Below, piece by piece: positions 56,580-64,000 of a stretch of DNA of 64,000 nt (its first letter is position 1; each line of letters begins with the position of its first letter). Both the position numbers and the translations under genes were made by a program. The notes beneath the pieces are model-generated. The model had not been told where the DNA came from, made no database searches, and saw only the letters and a list, made by a program, of their open reading frames with translations. Source of the DNA: a virus; the IMG/VR virus record IMGVR_UViG_3300031873_000003, positions 1 to 64,000 of that record. The stretch is one strand, 5' to 3'.

Positions 56580-56617
56580 TCTTACGCTTTTGCGTAGAAG
56601 AAAGGGAGGAAAGGAAA

Positions 56618-57409
56618 ATGACGGTAAAATATTCGAGGGCTTTAATAAATTTGTTGGCTGATGGAAAGGGATTAAGGGAAATTTATGGAGATTGCGTCTT
56701 AGATGTGTATTCTGGGACGGCTCCTACAAACCCGGAAGATGCGGCAACGGGAACAAAGCTTTGCAAGTTTACCTTGTCAAGTGCCGCCGTAGTAACTACT
56801 GACCGAGGCGTTCCGAGAGTCTACAAGCTTGTTCCTGCTACCGGTTCTACGCCGGGCAGCACCATTAAAGTTACCGTTACGGTGGAGGGAGTTGGTACCA
56901 CACACATCTATACCATTTTGGCGGCTGACAGTACAGACCAGAAGGTTGCCGTGAAGGTGGCACAGATGTTAAACGATCTTCCTCAGATTCAGGCTATCTG
57001 TGAGGGAGACACAGTAAATATCTGGGCACAATGTAGGATTCCTGGTTTGGCATTGACGATTGCCGATGGAACCGGTACTTATGGAATCAACTGCTCGGCA
57101 AAGGTGGCGGCGGTCGCCACAAACGCCCTCCAGTTTAGTGCGCCAACGGCAGGGGTTATTTCAAAACCAACGGCAGCTACCTGGACAGGAACTAACCTTG
57201 CAACCGGAACGGCAGGATATTTTAGATTATGCCTTCCGGTAGACCCCGAAAGTGCGGGAACTCCAACCGCTGACACTGGTTACATCTACAAGAGAACTCA
57301 AGGAACGCTTGCGACGGTAGGAGGGGACGCACAGATTGATCCAACAACGGTGACATTGAGTGCAACGTCAACGGTTACATCGTTCAGCTTGACAGTACCG
57401 ACGTCTTAG
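56618..57409 (+). CDS. virion structural protein
   Basis: LDVYSGTAP..PEDAATGTKL...ATGTAGYFRL. Confidence 0.65.
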   Translation: MTVKYSRALINLLADGKGLREIYGDCVLDVYSGTAPTNPEDAATGTKLCKFTLSSAAVVTTDRGVPRVYKLVPATGSTPGSTIKVTVTVEGVGTTHIYTILAADSTDQKVAVKVAQMLNDLPQIQAICEGDTVNIWAQCRIPGLALTIADGTGTYGINCSAKVAAVATNALQFSAPTAGVISKPTAATWTGTNLATGTAGYFRLCLPVDPESAGTPTADTGYIYKRTQGTLATVGGDAQIDPTTVTLSATSTVTSFSLTVPTS

Positions 57410-57454
57410 GACGTGTTTTTTAAAACCATTCTTGCTTTATAATAGAGGGAAACT

Positions 57455-60400
57455 ATGCCTGAATCTGCTTCGATGAGTCCGAGCGAATCGCCGAGCGAAT
57501 CACCTTCGTTGAGTCCATCGGCCTCTGCATCACCATCGATTTCGCCGTCGCTCAGCCCGAGCGCAAGCGTCAGTCCATCGATTTCGCCTTCGAGATCACC
57601 CTCCGGGAGTCCTTCGGCGTCACCATCGTTAAGTCCGAGCGCAAGCATTTCGCCTTCGACGTCACCATCCAAAAGTCCGTCGGAGTCGCCATCGAGAAGT
57701 CCATCCAAAAGTCCTTCTGGAAGTCCTTCAATGTCTCCAAGCGAAAGTCCCTCAAAATCGCCTTCGGCGTCACCATCCTTAAGTCCGTCAACGTCACCAT
57801 CGTTAAGCCCCAGCGCAAGCCTTTCTCCGTCCCTGAGTCCTTCGGCCAGCTTGTCGCCGAGTGCAAGCCCAAGCGTATCACCCAGCATGTCACCCTCTGC
57901 ATCGCCATCGTTAAGTCCAAGTCCCGTGATAGATATTATTAAGGCTGGATGTTCGATAAGCAGCATAAGCTCAAATAATGGACGAAAACTTGTCCGAGAT
58001 AGCACAGGAAGATTGCACGTTGTTTATCATAGGGTTGCAACTGTCTGGAATATTTATCATTCGTATTCGGATGACAGCGGACAAACATGGACGGAAGAAG
58101 CGATTACAAGTGATGCATCGTACAACCAGTGGAGTCCATCCATAGCCATCGATAGTAGCAATCACTTGCATGTGGTATGGCATGGAACATCTGTCTTATC
58201 CACCACTATTGACCAAATCAGATATTCTAAATACGAAGGTTCGTGGAGTACGCCGGTTGACTTAACCGGGGAAGTTTACACGCAGGCACTTCCTTCGATA
58301 GCCATTGATAGCGGTGATCATATACATGTGGTTTGGGAGGGAATGTCCTCCGTGTCCCCAAGTTACACTCAGGTTAGGTATTCTCAGTACGAATCTTCCT
58401 GGAGTGCGCCTACCAACCTAACCAGCGGAAACCTCTGGAGGTGGAATCCCTCCGTAGCCATTGATAGTGGGAATAATTTGCATATTGTTTGGGGGGAAGG
58501 CCCCGATAGTCTTACCAGCCAAATAATGTATTCTAAGGGTGCGCCCTGGAGCCCCGTCCAGTTAAGCGATGGCAGTTATATGCAGGCTGACGCCTCTATT
58601 GCCATCGATAGCAGTAATCATGTGCACGTTGTCTGGGAGGGTAGGTCTCCCGCTCTCCCGGACTATAATCAAATCAGGTATGCTAAATATGAAGCTTCGT
58701 GGAGCACGGTTGTCGATTTAACTGGGACGAAGACCGTGGGTTATGATCAGCAAAGCCCTTCCATAGCGATCGATACCGGTGACCGGTTACATGTAGTGTG
58801 GTATGGCGCATCGGTGGTTTCTCCAAGCGCTTATCAAATCAGGCATACCAAATATGACGGTTCATGGAGTACGGACACTGACTTAACTACTGATAGTGTG
58901 TCTCAATATTATCCTTCAACTCTATGGGCAAACAATATTTATTCGGTCAATGCACAGGGTTATTGTTTCGCCTACATGGATGACACAACCCTAACGTTTT
59001 ATGCGAGCGACGAAATATCTTTCTATGGAATGGCTTCCCCCAGCTTATCGCCAAGCCTGAGCCCAAGCAAATCGCCAAGTCAATCTCCATCACTCTCTTC
59101 TTCGGGCAGCCCAAGCTTAAGTCCGAGCCCGTCGCCATCGCTTTCACCCTCGGCCTCGGAAAGCCCTTCGGCGTCACCATCGTTGAGTCCAAGCGCAAGC
59201 CTATCTCCTTCGGCCTCTGTCAGTCCAAGCACATCACCCTCGCTATCTCCATCGGCCTCTATTAGCCCAAGCGAGTCACCGTCGAGAAGTCCCTCTAAAT
59301 CACCTTCGGCGTCACCATCTATAAGCCCTTCGGCGTCACCATCGTTAAGTCCGAGCGCAAGCCTATCGCCTTCGGCCTCTGTCAGTCCAAGCGCATCTCC
59401 TTCGCTATCTGCAAGTTTGAGTCCATCGCCTTCGGCCTCTGTCAGTCCAAGCGCATCTCCTTCGGTGAGCCCAAGCCCAAGTGCGGGAACCCTTATCTGT
59501 GATTTAGCCTTTGCTCTTAGCGTTCCGGCAATAGAGGTTAGCGGAAAAATCGCTGGCCCAGGGTTGATAGGACCATCGCTTGAATTACCGGCGATTGTGG
59601 TTTCAGGCAATATCGTTACCGGCGGGGCGTTTTCGGCAATCCTTGAGCTTGCACCTCATGCATCAGGAACTATTCGTGTTGGAGGGTTGTTTTCGGGGAC
59701 AATCAATGTTCCCATTGAGGTATCAGGAACGATTTATAGTGGTGGCGGATTGGTTGCCTCGTTAATCCTTCCTGCGATACATGTTGATGGCCTCATTGCC
59801 AAAAACACGACTGGGTTTGAAATCACTGTTCCCGTGATAACCCTTTCGGGCACGATCATTACCGGAAGAGTGGTTAGTGGCGGAGTAAGCGTTCCTGCGA
59901 TTAAGGTTCTGGCAACCATCGGCCATTATAATTCGCTGACATTTGACCTCGATTTGCCTGAGATAACTACCAACCTTTTTATTATGGGAGCGCAAAAGAT
60001 CACGGTTCAAGGCGCTCCTCTTCGGAAGGCGTTCGTTGTTAATTTAGCTCATTTCGGGGTGACAGAATACTCTGGATACTCTTTCAATTCATTTGCTAAC
60101 TACCATTTTAGTAAAACCTACATAGGCGCCAGCGAAGAAGGTATTTTTGTGCTGGACGGGGATGACGACAATGGCGTTAGGATCAATGCTACAATTCAAC
60201 CAGGGAATGAAGACCTTTGGTCACAGACGATAAAGCGACTTAGGGAGGGTTTTGTAACGATGAGGGGTGGGCCAATTTCCATCGAACTGATTCTTGACGA
60301 AGGAAGGTTAGACCCGGTGACGAGGGATTTAGAGTATGTCGAAAGTACGATTCATGAAGAGCGATTTAAAATATCACGGGGGTTGAAGAATAGATTTTTT

Positions 60401-60490
60401 TCTGTGATTTTTAAAAACTTAGGTGGGAATGACTTTAGCCTTGAGTCTTTCCGATTTTTTTGCGATGAGATTCAAAGGAGAAAACGTTGA
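57455..60490 (+). CDS. tail-associated protein: SPSx tract, BNR-like beta-propeller, SPSx tract, tail domain
   Basis: SDDSGQTW Asp-box; repeated PSIAIDS.xxHVVW blades; SPS tracts at ~57461-57925 and ~59033-59483. Confidence 0.8.
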   Translation: MPESASMSPSESPSESPSLSPSASASPSISPSLSPSASVSPSISPSRSPSGSPSASPSLSPSASISPSTSPSKSPSESPSRSPSKSPSGSPSMSPSESPSKSPSASPSLSPSTSPSLSPSASLSPSLSPSASLSPSASPSVSPSMSPSASPSLSPSPVIDIIKAGCSISSISSNNGRKLVRDSTGRLHVVYHRVATVWNIYHSYSDDSGQTWTEEAITSDASYNQWSPSIAIDSSNHLHVVWHGTSVLSTTIDQIRYSKYEGSWSTPVDLTGEVYTQALPSIAIDSGDHIHVVWEGMSSVSPSYTQVRYSQYESSWSAPTNLTSGNLWRWNPSVAIDSGNNLHIVWGEGPDSLTSQIMYSKGAPWSPVQLSDGSYMQADASIAIDSSNHVHVVWEGRSPALPDYNQIRYAKYEASWSTVVDLTGTKTVGYDQQSPSIAIDTGDRLHVVWYGASVVSPSAYQIRHTKYDGSWSTDTDLTTDSVSQYYPSTLWANNIYSVNAQGYCFAYMDDTTLTFYASDEISFYGMASPSLSPSLSPSKSPSQSPSLSSSGSPSLSPSPSPSLSPSASESPSASPSLSPSASLSPSASVSPSTSPSLSPSASISPSESPSRSPSKSPSASPSISPSASPSLSPSASLSPSASVSPSASPSLSASLSPSPSASVSPSASPSVSPSPSAGTLICDLAFALSVPAIEVSGKIAGPGLIGPSLELPAIVVSGNIVTGGAFSAILELAPHASGTIRVGGLFSGTINVPIEVSGTIYSGGGLVASLILPAIHVDGLIAKNTTGFEITVPVITLSGTIITGRVVSGGVSVPAIKVLATIGHYNSLTFDLDLPEITTNLFIMGAQKITVQGAPLRKAFVVNLAHFGVTEYSGYSFNSFANYHFSKTYIGASEEGIFVLDGDDDNGVRINATIQPGNEDLWSQTIKRLREGFVTMRGGPISIELILDEGRLDPVTRDLEYVESTIHEERFKISRGLKNRFFSVIFKNLGGNDFSLESFRFFCDEIQRRKR

Positions 60491-60529
60491 CAGTGACTTT
60501 TTATAGAAACCATGTAAAGGAGAAACAAC

Positions 60530-61723
60530 ATGGCCTTCCCGACTAACTTAAGTTCCGCAATAGACAATGTCACAGAGATCGTAGCGGCACATCTGAACAA
60601 CCTTGAGGTTAAGGTTGGAATAGATGGGTCGGCGGTCAACACTACCCTGGACTATCTGATCAAGAGTGCATCCAGCACTGACCCTGGGCATAAACATCCG
60701 CAGGCTAAGATAACAGGGTTGACTACGGGAGATAGTCCTGTGTTTGGAACGGTTTACCTGTCAAATGTTGGTGATGGTCATGTTCCTTATCAGAACAATG
60801 GAATGGCAGGGTTAGTGTCAGGTTCAATTCACACAGATGGGTCGAATGTTTTTATAGGTGATACACAGAATGCTAATACAACCCTTGGACTAACAATCAA
60901 TCAGGGAGCTAATGACGATCAGATATTGGCTCTCAAATCCAGTGATATTGCTCATACCGTTACAACTGACACCGAAGCAGATACCTTTGGATATATTTCA
61001 AAGTATTCAGCTACCCTCGGTGGAGTTTTATTCCGAGGTCTCACGGATGCTGATGCGGCGGGAGCAATGGTCGTTGAGGGTATCATAGGGGCAACTGACC
61101 CAACGGATACGAATGCGGCCTTGATCCTGATTGGAAGTAAGCAGACGGGGACAACTACAGCAGCCTTGGCAGCAGCAGAGACGGTGTTACAGGTTAAGAA
61201 TAGGACTACTAATCTGGTAACTGTTTTGGGAAGCGGCAACGTCGGCATCGGGACGACGGGACCGAATGATAAATTAACCTTAGCTAATTCTTCTGCTAAC
61301 AGCACGGGTATTCAGTTGCGTTCGAGCGTTTTGACCCCCAATGGTACTGACTATTCTGCGGGTAGAATTCTTGGAGGATTCAGAGGTGAAAGCGGGTATG
61401 ATAATGGATATTTGGATTTACAATATCCTACCGCAGAAAACACTTTTACAACGGGGCTAAGGTTAATAAACGGCAAAGTCGGCATCGGGACGACGGCACC
61501 ACAGCAAGCATTACATGTGGTAGGCACTATCCTAGCAGATGGAGATGGTGGAGGATACGCTGGTACAACTGGATTTACTGATGTTGTAGATATAGCGGCG
61601 AGGTCAACCGGAGTGGGAACGGTACTATTTGATGATGCAACAAATCGAAACAGTGCAGGGTTTATCAAGATATACATTGGGACCGTTCCTTATTTTTTAC
61701 CTGCGTTTGCAGCTATAACCTAA
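60530..61723 (+). CDS. tail fibre-like protein
   Basis: MAFPTNL...AAHLNNL; GNVGIGTT repeats. Confidence 0.7.
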   Translation: MAFPTNLSSAIDNVTEIVAAHLNNLEVKVGIDGSAVNTTLDYLIKSASSTDPGHKHPQAKITGLTTGDSPVFGTVYLSNVGDGHVPYQNNGMAGLVSGSIHTDGSNVFIGDTQNANTTLGLTINQGANDDQILALKSSDIAHTVTTDTEADTFGYISKYSATLGGVLFRGLTDADAAGAMVVEGIIGATDPTDTNAALILIGSKQTGTTTAALAAAETVLQVKNRTTNLVTVLGSGNVGIGTTGPNDKLTLANSSANSTGIQLRSSVLTPNGTDYSAGRILGGFRGESGYDNGYLDLQYPTAENTFTTGLRLINGKVGIGTTAPQQALHVVGTILADGDGGGYAGTTGFTDVVDIAARSTGVGTVLFDDATNRNSAGFIKIYIGTVPYFLPAFAAIT

Positions 61724-61764
61724 ATGTAGTATACTTCAATGTATGCAACCATTTAGGAGGGACT

Positions 61765-62466
61765 ATGCCAGAGCGACTAAATAAAAGGATTTGCGAGTTT
61801 TGCGGCAAGGAATATCAGACACACAACAGTACAAGAACGTGCTCTATAAAGTGTCGTGACCACTTAAAAACGCAGAACAGGATACAGCGATCTGAAACTA
61901 AGGAATGCCCGATCTGCGGAGAGATAAGTAAGTTGCAGTGGATTGCTCACGGGATAAGTGTGTGCAGTTTGAGATGCAAACGAACAATTAACTCAAGGGA
62001 ATGGCGCAACCAACATGGCGGATCAGTTGATATTAGTAAACGTAGCACAATAAAGCCTTTTGTAACTTGTAAGGTGTGCGGGAAAATCGTTTTGGGTAAA
62101 AGCTACAAACAATTATATTGCAGTAGAGAGTGTAAAATAATTGGCGGACATCGAAACAAGAAAATGATAGTTGATAATAAAAGGGAGTCTATAAAGACTT
62201 GCGAAATATGCGGCGTGTCTATTGATAAAATTCCAACTCCAAGAGAACTCAACTTCAGATCGTTTGGGCAAAGGGCGATGGATACTAAGGTGCAATTCGA
62301 TCACATTGTTTGCCGAGTTGATAACGGACAAAACAACGACGAGAATCTTCGAGGTGTGTGTTGGATGTGTAACCACGTAAGGGGAACGATGGACAAGAAG
62401 TTCGACAACGCCGTGGCAAAAGCGTCAATAGCGTTTTGGGCTGAGGTATTTGCTACAATTACCTAG
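61765..62466 (+). CDS. HNH endonuclease with zinc-finger repeats
   Basis: Multiple CxxC/CS..C; FDHIV....GQN...NL..VCWMCN. Confidence 0.85.
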   Translation: MPERLNKRICEFCGKEYQTHNSTRTCSIKCRDHLKTQNRIQRSETKECPICGEISKLQWIAHGISVCSLRCKRTINSREWRNQHGGSVDISKRSTIKPFVTCKVCGKIVLGKSYKQLYCSRECKIIGGHRNKKMIVDNKRESIKTCEICGVSIDKIPTPRELNFRSFGQRAMDTKVQFDHIVCRVDNGQNNDENLRGVCWMCNHVRGTMDKKFDNAVAKASIAFWAEVFATIT

Positions 62467-62474
62467 GAGGATCA

Positions 62475-62840
62475 ATGGACATAAAACGTAATCCCGCTGG
62501 ATTAGGATGGATGGTAAGGTACGATAATGGAACGTATACAATATTTTACACACAAAAGGAGGCAGTGAAATGTATGGCAAAAATTGATACAGTAAAAGCG
62601 ATCATCAATGCAGTTAAAAGTCTGGCAACAGCAACCGATCAAGCAACAGATTTAGTCAGCGAATACTGGGATGTTGGAACATTCGTTGACGAGGATGTAG
62701 CAGCGTTGGGCATCACTGCTGCACAGCTTACATCCTGCATTACGTTATTAGAGCAGGTAGATAAACTCATGACGAACCAAGAGACAAGCCTATCTATGTA
62801 TAGAACTACCCTGAATCAAGTTCGAAGGGTTGCAACGTAA
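62475..62840 (+). CDS. hypothetical protein
   Basis: GGAGG RBS; alternative internal start MAKIDTV. Confidence 0.6.
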   Translation: MDIKRNPAGLGWMVRYDNGTYTIFYTQKEAVKCMAKIDTVKAIINAVKSLATATDQATDLVSEYWDVGTFVDEDVAALGITAAQLTSCITLLEQVDKLMTNQETSLSMYRTTLNQVRRVAT

Positions 62841-62914
62841 ATTATAGAATATACGTTGCTTACGATACAACGAACTGGAGACCGATTAACTAAGTAAATA
62901 AGAAGGGAGATCCC

Positions 62915-63229
62915 ATGAAGATTAATTTTAGTCAAGCGTTAAAGGCGTTGGATGGAACACCAATCTCAAGACTTGACGGAAAGGGAGAATTTACCCTCAA
63001 GTTTGTTTCCCAGGAAGCGTTACTTTTATCCTTTCAGGACGAACAGGGGTTGGGGGGAGAAGAGAAAACCAGGAGGTGGGTTTTGGCTACGATGATTGAG
63101 GCAAACCCAGAGAAAATTGATTTAACCTCGGAGCAGATAGCGTTGATTAAGAAACTTATTGGCAAGGCTTATGGGCCGCTTATCGTTGGTCAGGCATGGG
63201 AGTTGTTGGAGGCGGGAGTCACTGGTTAG
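62915..63229 (+). CDS. putative tail fibre assembly/chaperone-like protein
   Basis: MKINF.Q.L..LDG...EEK..R..LA...LT.E...LIK..IGK.Y.PL.VG. Confidence 0.6.
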   Translation: MKINFSQALKALDGTPISRLDGKGEFTLKFVSQEALLLSFQDEQGLGGEEKTRRWVLATMIEANPEKIDLTSEQIALIKKLIGKAYGPLIVGQAWELLEAGVTG

Positions 63230-63242
63230 GGGGAACTGAACT

Positions 63243-64000
63243 TTGGCCGACATCATAAAGTATGGAACTGGAATTCTATATGGTACGGGTCATCTATATG
63301 GAGAATATATTCCCTCGGCCTCGATATCTCCGAGCCTTTCGCCCTCTAAGGGTCCTTCGGTTTCTCCATCCCTAAGTCCTTCGGCTTCTATAAGTCCTTC
63401 GTTATCTCCATCAGTCTCACCTTCAATCAGTCCTTCGGTCTCACCTTCGGTCTCACCCTCTTTAAGCCCATCTGTTAGTCCAAGTTTATCACCGTCGGCC
63501 AGTCCATCCTTGAGTCCATCATTGAGTCCTTCTGCTTCCTTGAGTCCCAGTCTAAGTCCGTCTAAATCTCCTTCTGTATCACCCTCGGTATCACCTTCAC
63601 TATCACCCTCTCTTAGTCCGAGTGAATCTCCGAGTCTCTCTCCTTCGGCCTCATTATCTCCATCATTGAGTCCGTCTGTTTCACCGTCCGTTAGCCCATC
63701 GATTTCACCGAGCCTATCACCGAGTTTATCTCCGTCGGAAAGTCCGAGTCTTTCACCCTCTGCGAGTTTAAGCCCATCTGAAAGTCCGTCACTTAGTCCA
63801 AGTGTATCGCCTTCTTTTTCGCCATCGATGAGTCCGTCTTTATCACCTTCGGAGAGCCCTTCGTTAAGTCCAAGTGCTTCGCTCTCTCCGAGCCTGTCAC
63901 CAAGCAAATCTCCAAGTCTGTCACCATCGGCTTCGCTCTCACCCAGCTTGTCACCGAGCGAAAGTCCTTCTGCCAGTCCTTCTGTAGGCAGTTTTTCCTT
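63243..64000 (+). CDS. Ser-Pro-Ser-X repeat protein 4 (partial, runs off the window; not in the ORF track)
   Basis: TTG start, MADIIKYGTGILYGTGHLYGEYIPSASISPSLSPS...; open to the window end. Confidence 0.78.
   Translation, partial: MADIIKYGTGILYGTGHLYGEYIPSASISPSLSPSKGPSVSPSLSPSASISPSLSPSVSPSISPSVSPSVSPSLSPSVSPSLSPSASPSLSPSLSPSASLSPSLSPSKSPSVSPSVSPSLSPSLSPSESPSLSPSASLSPSLSPSVSPSVSPSISPSLSPSLSPSESPSLSPSASLSPSESPSLSPSVSPSFSPSMSPSLSPSESPSLSPSASLSPSLSPSKSPSLSPSASLSPSLSPSESPSASPSVGSFS

Overview
This window is part of a dsDNA tailed-phage genome, probably podovirus-like (no tape measure, sheath or integrase is visible). Bases 1-12.9 kb are a leftward early/replication block: SSB, primase-polymerase/helicase, ERF recombinase, RecE-like exonuclease, lytic transglycosylase and several nucleases. 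A divergent promoter pair at about 12.95-13.06 kb starts a rightward arm. That arm carries DNA methyltransferases, terminase (with a class-3 intein), portal, scaffold, a major capsid gene split by two ORF-less group I introns, four structural proteins with long Ser-Pro-Ser-X tracts, and a ~14 kb glycosyltransferase/methyltransferase cluster. The best candidate system is a TIGR-Tas-like RNA-guided locus: a nuclease-less Nop/IS110-C-terminal-like protein (16010-17002) followed by 36-nt dual-repeat/dual-spacer units (AGCGA-N9-TGAAACCCA-N9-TGCG). The array is in three pieces, and integron-type attC cassettes begin exactly where the first piece ends. Other unusual features are antisense passenger genes (HNH, LAGLIDADG, Tad2-like, TnpB) that have their own promoters and a stop-free opposite strand, and many orphan IS200/IS605 right-end/omegaRNA modules. 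All calls come from manual motif reading; no searches were run.
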